In this document: positions 40,626-55,618 of the stretch, piece after piece
How positions within the stretch are numbered: the stretch's first letter is position 1
How the letters are laid out: each line of letters begins with the position of its first letter
The notes under the pieces: model-generated
Told to the model about the DNA's origin: nothing
The model's input: the letters and a program-made list of their open reading frames with translations, nothing else
Database searches by the model: none
Translations under genes and position numbers: made by a program
Source: Octopus bimaculoides
Lineage: Eukaryota
DNA length: 64,000 bases
Assembly (NCBI RefSeq): GCF_001194135.2
Contig: NC_068984.1
Coordinates: forward strand, 19,527,062 to 19,591,061
Direction of reading: 5' to 3'

Positions 40626-42892
40626 ATTCCATGTGTCTCATGACTCTTGAGTGCTTTGTATATGAATGTTCATGCATTTGTGTAACTGTGTGAGTGTACC
40701 TATGCATAATTGTGTGTGTGTGTGTATGTGTGTATCATATTTATATTTTGGTAATTATTCTGCTGTGACTTCTCTGAAGAACCTGTGCACCCACAGAGAA
40801 ACCCAGAGTAGCATTGCACAACCAAAATAAAGATAAGATTAATCTCTATAGAGGAGTGTTCTTTCTTCTGACTGTTAGCACTAAACAAGCATATAGGCAT
40901 AGGTGTGTGTGCGTGAATGATAAGCACGCACACTCATAATTCAACGCATCTAACACAATACATTTTCTGTTTCACCACGTGGCTTGTGGGCTCAAGAACA
41001 TAAGTATAGCAAAGACAGAATATATAAATCTAGAAAGATAAACTCCTATGTATCTTCCTTTGGGTTATACTCAAGTTTATCAGAGTGATTTAACAACAGA
41101 GTAATTATGGTAAAAATCTGATCCATGAATCACTCCATGTGTCTTTTTGATATTAATTAATAATGCATAAATTGGGAGTGGTATGTATTTTTCAGTTATG
41201 TACTTAGGTCAACAAGCAGAATTAATGTACAAAGGTGCAGCAGAAAAAATGCAGTCATTTGGTTTGTTTAATGCTATATGACTCCTTATGGATGTGTATC
41301 TACTAGTTATGTAGTCTCTGAATATTTCTACATATTTTTGATATGCAATATATTTATCTAGCAATCATCATCGCTATTTTGATAAATGCAGCGAAATCTA
41401 TATATCGCTAAGGAGGTGTAATAAGACTAAAATAAATCTGGAGTTGTCTTTCCAAAGGATTCAAAACAATATTAGCCATTGCTTAATATCATTTTCCCCT
41501 CATGATAAAGTTATTTTTAGTTAACACATTTAATGTTTTTTGTATCAAATGTTAACTCTAACCAAAACATTTCCAACTTCATTTAAAATGTTTTAAATTA
41601 TGCAGGAATCAGAATACAGATTACAGAATAATTATGATAAAAATCTGATTTGTGATTCATCACCATTACACAAGCAAATATAATGATTCACTTCAACCAC
41701 TGCAAAATATTCCAAAACTAAATGGATGATATATTATTAAAAACAGAAGTGCGAAGTGGTAGATTGACTAAACTGTTAGCAAATCAGACAAAATGCCTTG
41801 TGGTATTTAACAATGGCCTTTTACACTTGAGTTCAATCCCTGCCAAGGGCAACTCTACCATTTATCCTTCTGAGGGTAACTAAAATAAATTACCAGTCAA
41901 TATAATAAACTTCCTCCCATCACATCACTAATGTTATTAATGTAATAAATTAATATATAAAGCCAAAATTAAATGTTCTTTTATAACAACATATAGTTTA
42001 GGTGTGATCAAATTTATTGATTCAAATCAATACTGATAGCCTAAAGTTTGTTTGGTCAATGGCTTCTGTTGGTTTTGTTGTTGCTGTTTATCCCTTCCTT
42101 ACATCAGTCCTGGTCAAAGACACTAGCCTTGATTATCCCATTTCTGCTGTGTCTATCCAGAACTACATATCATATACATCCATTCGTTCTCATAAAGATG
42201 AGTTGCTCGAAGGAGATTTGGCAACTATTTCTAGCAAATCAAATGACCATATTGAGGTTCCTTTGTTCATTTTCCCTTGTTTATTCATCTGAATCATCTT
42301 AAGGCAACCATTGTTGAAATCACTCCGTTTAATCTATCATACTAAATGACAAACAATCATCTCCTGAACAAGTTTCACATTTTAATTAATCGTACCTTAA
42401 TCCTTGCTTAACTAACTTCATTCATGAGATGCATTCAAACTATTCATTTTAATTACTCTATAATGAATGGTTAATCAAGTAACAGTGTGTTAACTAAATT
42501 CTATTTGACAAAAACAACTGAAAACAATGCTTGATGTTAGCTCAACCCTCCAACAGTAAAATAAAATATAGTTACAAAATAATTTGGGGTTTATTTTTTG
42601 AGTAACCAATGGAATATTGTTAAGATTGCATAAATACACTCAAAAAGCAGCATTAACCACAACACAACATAAAAATCAATACTCTAGCTATGAATTGAAA
42701 CGTGCGTGTGCGTGTGTGTGTGTGCATGTGCACACGTGCATGTAAACACATGCACGTATGTGTATATATATATATGTGTGTGTATGTATTTTACAATTCC
42801 ATGTCATACATGTTTCATTACAAGATAGGAGTTACAAAAGCATACATGTAGAAAAACATGTATAGAATCTCCTTCGCATAATTCTTCAAACA

Positions 42893-42935
<43 letters not shown>

Positions 42936-45900
42936 TCACACACATATATATTTACACATATGTGTGTGTGTGTGTGTGTGTATGTGTGTGTGTGTGTGTA
43001 TGCATATGTATGTATGCATAAATATATTATACTTTTGCAAGAAGTGGGATGACATGAAGACCAGATGAAGGCCAGCAGGGCTGAAACTTCAAAGCTGCTA
43101 TCACACCACTTCTTATAAAAGCAAACTAGACATGTACTCTACAAAAAAAGTATTGGGTAGTTTTGTTCAGTTTAATGTTATATTGTTTTTATTATAACTT
43201 GACATAAAAACAAACACATACATATGTATGTAGTCACTAACAAGAGTGGAAGAAAAACTTACACAGCGCCACTACGTTGATAATTTCAAACAATTCATGA
43301 AAACACAAAGGAATATGTACATATATTATATATTCAGCATTTCATACATGAAAATACATATAATACTTAAATTACAGTTCTCAGCCCTTTAACATGCAAA
43401 ATGATAAAACAAAGCATACATGTCTCAAGTAACATAAAAATAATTGGTATTTCTTGAAAAGGAAACACAAGCCCAAATAATTTTTTTTTTATATTATATC
43501 TATGGTCAGACTGTATCCAGGTTTGGAAATGTGATATATGAATCATCTCAGGAAATATACCAGCTAGGGTAGTTTAAATCACTGGATAAATATTATAATA
43601 TATTATGGTTGTGTGATTAAGAGGCTTGTTTTGTAACCACATGGTTTGGGTTCAGTACCACTGTGTGACACCTTTAGCAAGTGCCTTCTGATAGAGCCCC
43701 AGATCAATGCCTTGTGAGTGAATTTGGTAGATGGAAATTGAGAGGAAGCTTGTTATGTGTGCATGCATGCATGTGTGTGTGTATGGGTGTGTGTTCGTTT
43801 GTCTGACCGACCCCCTCTTGACAACTGGTGGTGGTTTGTTTGTATCCCCATAACTTAGTGGCTTGGCAAAAGAGGTCTGCTAGGAATAAGTACCAGACTT
43901 AATAATAAGGAACTGGAGTCAATTTGTTTGATTAAACCTTTCAAAGCAGTGCCCAGCATGGCCAAAGTGAAATGACTGAAACATGTGAAAGACAAAAGAT
44001 TATTATAGATCCTTCAGGGCGGCGGCAGCGAAGGTGATGATCAGATCAACAAGACTCCAATAAAATTGTTTACTATTTCATTTTTATTAGGAAATACTGC
44101 TGTGAGATTTTAATCTGCAAACTTGTAATCATTTTAAAGTTAGAAGAAGCTTTTAATTTGTTGTTCTAAGTAGGCTGAGTGATAATAAACTCTACATAAA
44201 GATGAAATAAATAACAACAGAGAAATGGTTGAGAACCATTCTGCTTACATAGTTTTACACAACATTAACTTGTAAACAGCTTATGCAAATAACTTCCTTT
44301 TTTTTTTTTTGGAAACAGAGAAAATGATAAGACAGAGGGAAAGAATTATTCTTTCATTCTCTTGTGATAGTATTTAGTGTTTAAACTGATTATAATGTTA
44401 GGTGATACATTCTTTCCTTAATAACTAAGTAAATAATGAAGCGTTTCTCTCCCCGTTATATAAGTGATTAATGATATTATATAAACATCTTTTTATTTTG
44501 GCGGAGGGAAATTTTTACATCCAACAATGAATTGTAGTTTTTCCTTGTACTGACATCTTCAGTGTTAACATGAGTTGGATGATTTTCTAAAAATATATAT
44601 ATGTTATAGCACCTGTACCAGTGGAAACAGCACCTGTACCAGTGGAGCCCTAAGAGCACCGTCCAAGCGTGATCGTTGCCAGAGCAGCTGTCTGCCTTCT
44701 GTGCCAATGGCACGTAAATAGCACCATTTGAGTGTGATCGTTACCAGCGTCGCCTTCCTGGCACTTGTGCCGGTGGCACGTGAAAAGACATTCGAGCGAA
44801 GCCGTTGCCAGTTCCACTGGACTCGCTCCTGTGCAGATGGCATGTAAAATACACCATTTTGAGCGTGGTTGTTGCCAGTACCGCCTGAGTGGCCTTCGTG
44901 CCGGTGGCACGTAAAAGCACCTATTACACTCTGAGAGTGGATGGCATTAGGAAGGGCATCCAGCTGTAGAAACTCTGCCAAATCAGATTGGAGCTGGTGT
45001 AGCCATCTGGTTCGCCAGTCTTCAGTCAAATTGTCCAACCCATGCTAGCATGGAAAGTGGACGTTAAATGATGATGATGATGATGATGTTGATGAATTAT
45101 GGCAAGAAGTATACTGTGTCTGATGCTAAATAGATCTAACTGAATCTCGGTCAGAATATCTGACCTTGAATTTTCAATGGTTTTATCAACTGAACAACCA
45201 AACTCAATAAATTAGCATGTAAGTGGCTGAGTATTCCACATACTCTTATTGTAATTGTTTACTCTAAGTGTAATTCTCAGGTAGAATCAGTATAATAGTG
45301 CGTGGCAAGGCTGCATCTTTGAATTACAGGTTCAATCCATCCAACAGGCTTCTGAGCAGTTTCTATTTACTCAATTTCGCTCACTAAGTAAAGGTCATCC
45401 TGAAGTTATATAGAATACTGATGATGATGATGATGATGATGATGCCGTCATCATCATCATCATCATTCCCATTTAATGTCTGTTATCCATGCTGGCATGG
45501 TTTGACAAGATCTGGCGAGTTGTAGGGTTGCACCAGTCTCCAGTGACAGCTTTGGCGTGTTTTCTATGACTGGTTGCCCTTCCTAATGTACTGGGTGCTA
45601 CTTTTGTAGCACCAGCACTAGTGAGGTTACCAAGTAACTTACAAGACAGAGGAAGGTTGGAAAAGGTAAAAAAAATGTCCCCATTACTAAAGTAGGAAGG
45701 GGAGTATTAAGCAGAGGAAGATGGCTTTATGCCTGGTGCTGAGAGGCTGAAGTAAAATAGAGAGACAAGCAGTGTCATGCAGTGGTATTGAAACTGGATC
45801 CACGTGGTTGTGAAACAAACTTCTCAGCCATTCAGCTGTGCTGTGACTGCATCATGAAACAGAGTGAAGCAAAGAATGTGCGTTGTCTAATTACACAAAA

Positions 45901-47410
45901 CACTGCTAGCAATAAAGATTAATCTTCATCCAGTGCATTAATAATGCTAGCTACGTGTATTATACTTCAAAACCACATGCATATGCCTAAATTTACACAT
46001 CATCCACCTACACCATCAACAGGATAACACAAATGTATGCCAATAATTTTTTCAGAATTATCAAACAAATGCAAATATTTATGAAATACTTCTGTCTAAA
46101 CAGCTTTGTAGAATTTGGATACTTAGTGCCATATGGTAGTGAAAGACATCAATTTCAAATAAAAAGTTGTTTTTTTTAATTATTTTTACTTTCATTGGCT
46201 TATATTTTTCGAATCACAAAAGTTAAAATATTTTTATTGGTAAAATTTGGGTGATTAAGATCAACTTGAAAAAGGTTTCATAAGTTTTAAATGAAATGAA
46301 AATTTCAATAATGCAAAAGTGAAAATCAAATTAAAATTAAAATGAAGATAATTTATTTACGAATTTTGATTTGAATTTAGATGTGCAGCTAAGATTATTA
46401 TTGTTGTTATTATCATTATTATTATTGTTAATCTGCCACAACTTCAATTATTACAAATATGACAATTATATAAACTTCAAAAATTGAATATCTGAAAGCA
46501 AATATAACCTTAAGGCAAAATATATATTTCTAACAATTAGATATAAATGCACACACATACACAAACACATACAAATGTACAAGCATACAGATATACAACC
46601 ACACACACACACACAGCCAAGTATACAAACACACAGAGGCATACGTATACACACACAAAATTAATGGATCTCTGATGGTTTCGATTATGAGTATTCAGTT
46701 ATTCAATTAATTGAATAATTTGCTCAATAACTTAGCATATAGGTCGCTGAGTATTCCACAGATCCTTAACATGTGATATGTTTAGAGGATGGCTACTGCT
46801 TAAGAGAGTGCTGAGCAGTACAACTTGGAGGGACCTGAGAAAGCAGGAAACTAAGGAGGACATGGGATGAAATGGTGAAATTTGACTTAAAGATTCTGTT
46901 TCATGAAAGAGATGATTAAGGACTGTACTGATTGATGAGATGCAGTGTTGCAGAGGACCCAATATCTCATGGCAAAACATACTCTGACAAATGAGATATT
47001 TTGTATATTGTCAAGCCTACATTTGCTACTTCCTCATCTTGCATTCTTGCTCTCATTTCCCACCTTCCCTCACTTGTCACATTCCTTTCTACTCTAGGCA
47101 CAAACCCGAAATTTTTGGGTAGGGGAGCAGTCGATTAGATCGATCCCAGTACGCAACTGGTACTTAATTTATTGACCCCGAAAGGATGAAAAGCAAAGTC
47201 ATCCTCGGCAGAATTTGAACTCAGAACATAAAGTCAGATGAAACACTGCTTAGCATTTTGTCCAGTGTGCTAACGTTTCTGCCATCTTGCTGCCTTCACT
47301 CGGTCACATTATCACTCAAACTCCACTCTCATCTATCCTTATTGTCTGTATTGACTACACCATCCTCAACAGTCAGACTACCTCTCCTTTCACTAGGCCT
47401 CGCTTTCTCT

Positions 47411-47464
<54 letters not shown>

Positions 47465-50051
47465 NNNNNNNNNNNNNNNNNNNNNNNNNNNNNNNNNNNN
47501 NNNNNNNNNNNNNNNNNNNNNNNNNNNNNNNNNNNNNNNNNNNNNNNNNNNNNNNNNNNNNNNNNNNNNNNNNNNNNNNNNNNNNNNNNNNNNNNNNNNN
47601 NNNNNNNNNNNNNNNNNNNNNNNNNNNNNNNNNNNNNNNNNNNNNNNNNNNNNNNNNNNNNNNNNNNNNNNNNNNNNNNNNNNNNNNNNNNNNNNNNNNN
47701 NNNNNNNNNNNNNNNNNNNNNNNNNNNNNNNNNNNNNNNNNNNNNNNNNNNNNNNNNNNNNNNNNNNNNNNNNNNNNNNNNNNNNNNNNNNNNNNNNNNN
47801 NNNNNNNNNNNNNNNNNNNNNNNNNNNNNNNNNNNNNNNNNNNNNNNNNNNNNNNNNNNNNNNNNNNNNNNNNNNNNNNNNNNNNNNNNNNNNNNNNNNN
47901 NNNNNNNNNNNNNNNNNNNNNNNNNNNNNNNNNNNNNNNNNNNNNNNNNTATATATACACGGTATATATATATATATACCGTATTTTAACATGTATAAAG
48001 AACCCTCTTGTATAAAGAATCCCTTAACTTTTTGTGGTTAAAATTTGAAAAAAAAGTTTTGTAAGGGATTATAATACTATCCATATATAAGAAACTCCCG
48101 TATTTTTTTAACCTAATTTTTGACAAAAAAAGGGTTCCTTATACACGTTAAAATACAGTATATGTACATGGCTGGGGACTCTATTGATTATGGCAATGAT
48201 TGTTCCTGTTGATTCGATTAGTGGTAAAGCCTGCTTACAGACTTAACATGCAAGTAGCTGAGTGGAGATCCATTTTACATGCATTCTTACATTACATCTT
48301 ATGTAGGAATGGCTCATTAGACATGATATTCACTCAAACTAGTCATAGGGTAAATTCTTGGTCATACATTCCATGCCTTACTTATGACTCAGCTTTTAAG
48401 CATATATTGCAAGTATGGTCTTAGATGCTGTTTTATTGAGAACTTCAGACTTGGTGACATTGCCTTCCTATATGATACCCAAAGTTTTGATATTACATCT
48501 CATATTATAGTTATTTAACTTTACATATATATTATATTCTAATGAAATAAAATCTAAATTTTTACACAATAGTAAACGTGGAGTATTTAAAATATATACA
48601 GTGTATAGAGAGTTGAAGTCTACTATGAAACTTGGCAGACTCATAGAAAACTTTCTGCTATATGATTGCTAAGAGGAATCTTGGTGATGTCAATAATCAA
48701 TAATATTTGGAGAAGAAAAAAATAAATAAAATAAAAACAAAATTTACCTGTATTTTGGTAAGTCGGTGTTGGATAGCATGTTTATCACCAGTGAAATCAG
48801 CACACAAGTTTAATTTCTCTTTGATAATTGTCAACCATTCAATACAACTGTTATACGAATCTGTATATTCCTGATGATTGTTCACAAAAGTGTTGTACTT
48901 CTGGATACGTTTCTGTGAATAAACATACAAGAATGTAGTGAACACTGGAAGCTAAATATGAATAAAAGAAATTAACAGACAATTTAATGGTTATTACAGA
49001 GCATTACTAAATTTTCCTTTTACATCTGTTTTTCCATGCTAGCATAAGTTAGATGAATATATTACTGAAGCATTGTTTTACACTTGCTTGTTTTCACTTA
49101 ACCATTTAGTATTTTAACAAGTCATATCAGGCCCAAATATTCTACCTGCTTTATGTTCAAATTGGCCAAACACGGCCCCTTACACCAACTCTACCATATC
49201 ATTCTAAAAATTAATAGTTACTTCATCAAAATCTCAAAACAACAAGATAATGCAAGATTGATTCAAAACATGTGAATAAATAAGCATTACTTTTGACAGA
49301 ATAATGTGGATGCTAAAGGATTAAGAAATCTCTTATTGCACATATCTTTGAAAATGTAAAACTAGTAGACAATTTATTGGCGATTGAAATAACAACACAA
49401 TCATCACTTGTAGCTTGCAGTTTGAGCACAAAGCTCAATTGTAAACACACACACACACACATGCAGTGGATTTTTTTTCCAGTTTCCATCTACCAAATCC
49501 AATGAAAAGGTTTTGGTCACTCCAGAACATTAGTATAAGACACTTTTTCCCCCTCACACAGTGGGATTAAACCTGAAACTATATAATTGGGAAATGAACT
49601 TTTCTGGCACCCATGAAATTGTAATCATGGCTGTTGCTGATAACATTATCCTCAAATGCTGAGCCTCATGGAGGCAAGGGATGAGATAGTGAAGCATGAT
49701 CTTCAAATGTTGGGCCTCACAAAGGCAATGGCAAGTGACTGAGACAATGGTGATATGCTGTGCTCGAAAAAAAACTTGTCACGCCAAGTGAAACTATAGT
49801 CATGACTATTGCCAATGTCATGTAAATGGCACCTGTGAAATCATAGGCATTGCTGTTACTGGTGTCATGTAAATGGCACCCGTGCCAGTGACACGTGAAA
49901 AGCAGCCATTACACTCTAAGAGTAGTTGGCATTAGGAAGGGCATCCAGCTGTAGAAACCATGCCAAATCCAACTGGAACCTTATGTAACTCTTTGGCTAC
50001 CATCTCCAGTCAAATTGTCTAACCCATGCCAGCGGGGAAAGTAGACATTGA

Positions 50052-50089
<38 letters not shown>

Positions 50090-50487
50090 AATGATGATAA
50101 TAATGAGGATGATGATCTCTCACCCAAACCTATGCCTCAGGCACATACACATGTACATATGTATACAAATGTGTGTGTGTGTGTGTGTGTGTGTGTGAAG
50201 GTGTGTGGCTTCCTGGTTAGGATATTTGGCTCACAGTCACATGGTCATGAGTTTGATTGCTGGTGCTGCACTGTATCCTTAAGCAAGACATTTTATTTCA
50301 CATAGCTCCACTTCATTCAGCTGACAAAATTGAGTTTTACCTGTAATTGAATGGCCCAGCCTTATCACATTCCCTGCCATGCTGAATCTCCCTGAGAACT
50401 ACATTAAGGGTGCACACATTTGTGGAATACTTAGCCACTTGCTTGTTAATTTTATGAGCAGGCTGTTCCATTGATTGGATCAACTGG

Positions 50488-50527
<40 letters not shown>

Positions 50528-52096
50528 CTGACAAAGTGACAGTTGAGTTTCATTTTTGTGTGAGTGGGAGTGTGTGTGTGTGTGTGTGTGTGTATACACA
50601 TGTATGTAATGTGTGTATGTTTACAAACATGCATATTAATTAAGAATGCATTATATTGAGAGATTTTTTTTGAATAATCTGAAATATTTTCACTTTTTTT
50701 AATAAATATACAAATTAGCTTCACTGTAGAATTAACTACTGTTATATCAGAGATTTTTTATTTTTAATCTTTCCTAGAATAGAAAAAGAGATCAATCTAA
50801 TTAGATTCCCATTTTGCTAGATCTTCATCAGAGAAAAATTAGCAGAGAGAAAATTATAAGTTCATATCTATCTTTTCCTGGTAAATAAACTCAAAAACAA
50901 CTTAGCTGATTTGTCTAATCTGCCTAACACTGACTAACTGGATTAATTCTTTTATAGTGCACTACACAACATTGTTTAGGGAAACCAAGATACACTCTTA
51001 TAATGAACGTAAAATGTAGCTTCACTGCAAAAGATAAATGGCAAATGCATCAAAAGCTCTTTTTCTCTCCATAGTACAAAGAAAAAATCAAGATTGCTTT
51101 GGTTAGTATCTAGCCTTGTTAGATCTTTATCAGAGAGATATTATTACTCATCTTTTGTCCACAGAGATATTATAATCTCACAGTTATTAAGTGTAAATAA
51201 ACTTAGAGCTAAACAAGTCTGGTGTTGTTGCTTATGTCATATAACTTAGCAGTGTGACTAATAGATAGAAAAAACAGGAAATAAGCCCCAGACTGAAATA
51301 AGTGTTAGGTGTCAATATACCAGTTACTCAGCAGTTTGGCAAAAGAGACCAACTGAATAAGTGCCAGGCTTAAAAAAAAAACACAAAGGTACTGATGTCG
51401 ATTCATTCAACTAAAAGTTCTTCAAGGCAGTGCCCCAGCATGGCCACAGTCAAACGACTCACACAAGCAAAAGATAAAAGAAACAATAATCTTATGTTGA
51501 CCTACTGACATAAACCCAAATTCTATTTCATGAACTTCAAAACAGATTCCCCTGGTGAATTATGAAAAGAAACTGATGTCAAATAATATCTGAAAGCATG
51601 CTGAACATGAATGAAACCACTGCTAGTAATTTCTTCCTTCTCAACCTGCTGATGAGTAAACTCTCCAGGCAGTCCGACGACTGAATGAAGCCACAGATAG
51701 TAATCTTGTTTATCATACATATCACAAATATATGAATAAATGTATGTCATAGAACTGCAGGTAGATTTGATTATCGATACGAAATTTCTTTGTCTTTTAC
51801 AACTTTTCTATTGTGCAGCATATTATTCAATGTCATTGGCATTCATTATAATTTTCGAATCCTTTGTGAGGCTATCACAGCTGTTTTACATAGTCTGCAC
51901 TGAGCTTTAATAGCATGCTTTTTGCTCTGAAGCTATTAATCAGAATCAATGTTATACCATTATAGAATTTTCAAAATTTCAAAGATAATTAAATATACTG
52001 CCCATCCTATGATATACATAGATGTATGTGTGTGTGTATACACAAACATTTATATATACACACACAAATGTACATGTATATGTATATGTGGATATG

Positions 52097-52164
<68 letters not shown>

Positions 52165-53275
52165 TAATTATTTCTAATCAATCTCTATTTAAGTTTTGGG
52201 AAACACATTATCAAACATGGGAAATTATATTTGCAAATTTCTTGAAGTTATTTGATATTGTTCAGTTACTTATTTTATTTCATTGTTATGATTTAAAGCC
52301 CATTTTTCCATGCTTTGCATGGGTCAGACAGAATTCTTTGAGAAAACATTCTACACCCTGATGCCCCTCCTGTTGCTAACCTTCACCTGTTTCCAAGCAA
52401 GGTAATATTTCCCCATGGAAAAACTGGAAATAGACATCACTTGTATGGTGATGACGCTCATTTACAAGCATCACATGATGTCAGAACAAGAGTACACAAA
52501 CACATTCACACACAGACATATATATATATATATATATATATAGGCATGACAGGCTTTTTTTCAGTTTCCATCAACCAAATCCATTCATAATACTTTCTGC
52601 TATAAGCACAAGGCCTGAAATTTGGGGGAAGGGGCTAGTCGATTATATCGACCCCAGTACTCAACTAGTACTTAATTTATTGACCTTGAAAGGATGAACG
52701 GCAAAGTCGACCTCAGCGGAATTTGAACACAGAACGTAGTGACAGGCGAAATACCACTATGCACTTTGGCCAGCATGCTAATGGTTCTGCTTGGAATTAT
52801 AGTATAAGATATTTGCCCAAGGTGCTGTGCAGTGGAGCTGAACACTAAACCACATGGATGAGAAGCAAACTTCTTAACCACACAGCTATCTTGCATCTAT
52901 TTTTGATTTAATTCTACATCCTTATCATCATCACCATCATCATCAGCATCATCAACACCACCACCATCAACAACAACACAACAGCATTTTTATTGTTCAG
53001 TCTTTGGTTTGCAATAAACCTGTGCAGTGAAACCCAATTTTTTGCCAGTAAAAACAGTATATATTTTTTATTCTTTTGCAAAAATGACTCACACACTTCC
53101 TCTATAAAAAAATGCCATCTCATTAACCCATCTAACTTTTATTGGTGACAAGACTTCTAAGAGAATAACAGTTGATAGTTTAGTAAAAATTGCTTTACAC
53201 TGAAACAATATACCTCAATTGGTATGAGTCATATAAGAACATTTTAAGCAGATATATATATATATGTGTATATAT

Positions 53276-53351
<76 letters not shown>

Positions 53352-55031
53352 ATGACGAAAAAAAAAAAAAAGTATCTAATAAGGTCTCCAGCAATTATGT
53401 GGATAGCAGGAAGAAATAAAGTTCAGTTTTGTAGTAAAGGGAGATAGCGTTTATATGGTATTTCACAAATGTCAGTAATATATTTTATTAGATGACAACA
53501 TGGAAGTATGATGTTTCTTAATAAGAGATTGGATATTATACATACAGGGCTTCAGTCGATCAAGTTGACCATGCCTCAACACATGTATGCACAAGCCTAG
53601 GCAAGATTTTTTCTTTTGTTTTTCTCAGGAAGGCATGGCTGTGCAGTTAAGGATCTTTCTCCTCTATAACATTGTTTTAGGTTCGGTCCCATTGCGCAAC
53701 ACCTTGGGCAAATGTCTTCTACTATAACTTTGGGCTGACTAATACCTTGTGAGTGAATTTGGTAGACAGAAACTGTGTGGAAATTCATCATATATATTTT
53801 CTTTTATTCTTTTACTTGTTTCAGTCATTTTACTTTGGCCATGCTGAAGCACTGTTTTGAAGGGTTTTAGTTGAACAAATTGACCCCAGGACTTATTTTT
53901 TAAGGACGCATTCTGTCAGTTTCTTTTGCCAAACTGCTAAGTTACAGGGAACTTAGGTTGTCAAGTAGAGATGGGGACAAACACAGACACAAAGACACAC
54001 ACACACACCTAAATATTTACATATAGTGCCTACTGACTTGTTCGACAAACTAATCTTGTCTCATGGTGCAAAAATATCAAGAACATTATTATCATTTTTG
54101 CTCAATTCTTCTTTAATCATTATTAAAAATGGTAATATTAATGGTGTATCAGGAGATTTACCTTGAGTTTCTCATTGATTTTCTTATATCGTGTTTTCCC
54201 TTGGTTGGAGAGTTTACTGAGATCTGATTGGTCCTCATTTTTCACCAGTTCTTGTAGCTTTTGATTAATACGATCAATCACAGTTTGGTAGGACTGCACA
54301 TCATGTTGTAACACCTGCAAAGAAAATACCATTTTAGAAAATAATTTACTCTTTTTAATTTCCTCTAAAGGATTAAATCATTTTATTTTATTTTAATATC
54401 CTTTTGTAAATCTAGCTAATAGATTCCAATTTCCAAAGTGAAAAACAAGAAAACTAGGTGAGATGTAGAAGTTCTGGATGAATATTAACGTTAAAGTTAT
54501 TAGTTAACTATTATGCTTAGGCTTCTCATCTGGTGTGTTCTCCATCAGAACAGCCATTCCTTTGCAGCCTATGTCATAATTATTTAACAATTTCACAGAG
54601 ATGATTTGTTAGCATAGGATGACAGAACAGTAAATTCCAAACATATGTGTGTGTGTGTGTGTGTGTGTATGTGTGTACACTGTATACATATACTGTGTGT
54701 GTGCATGCACACACACACACACAGAGTAGAGCCTGGGTTTATGAATGCCTCCAATCATGAACAAATTGATTTATGAACAATCTTTTTAACATAAACATCT
54801 TGAGTAATAATGAATGGTATCTTGAATAACAAACATGGAATTTGCAACAAGCTGGGAATATCACTGAGAGAGCATCAGTTGCTGTCTGGCTTTTGCTCAG
54901 TGCACATTCCTGCCTGAATTCACTGTGTCTTCTGAATTTTCCATGGGAAAAATAGTTCTGGCTTAGAAAGATTTCAGATGACAAACAGCCTTCAGGAATG
55001 AATTAACTTCATAAACTGAGGTTCCACGGTA

Positions 55032-55070
<39 letters not shown>

Positions 55071-55571
55071 NNNNNNNNNNATATATATATATATATATAT
55101 ATATCATTTAATGCACACAGTCTTAAGATAAGTGCTACTAATACGTTGTTGCTAAGAAAACATGGGGCTAGACAGGTTTTAATAACAGACCTTGTGTCTC
55201 CAAGCAATCACTAGGCTCTGAACTCATGTTCTGTTCTGTTTGAAAATCAAAATCAGGATGCTGGTACATGAGAAATGATGCATCCTGATTTTCAAATAGA
55301 ATGGATCATGTGTTCAGAGCATGAAGACCATTTGGAGACAAAAGGCACAATATAAAAACCAGCCTAGTAACACGTCTTCATAGCAAGAAACTATAAGTAG
55401 CACTTATCTTAATACAGTGTACATTAAATAATATTTATCTCTCACTGGATGGAGTACTATTGGCTAATTGTTAGAGAGAGAGTATCAACAGTATTCCAAC
55501 TGAGGGCCCTAGCCAAGTACATAGCGGAATGTTATTGAGTAAATCGCTACAATCATTGAAATCCACACTAC

Positions 55572-55618
<47 letters not shown>

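Noticed and set aside
40687-40938. Possible solo LTR (tgtgagtgt...acactcata with internal AATAAA)
   Set aside because: No TSD, no second copy in the window, and the termini overlap CA/GT microsatellite.
51523-51750. 75-aa minus-strand ORF (…[14 protein letters not shown]…) with a protein-like look
   Set aside because: The nearest acceptor puts it out of phase with the gene, there is no donor, and the module pattern leaves no missing exon. I could not assign a family; a TBLASTN search would be needed to revive it.
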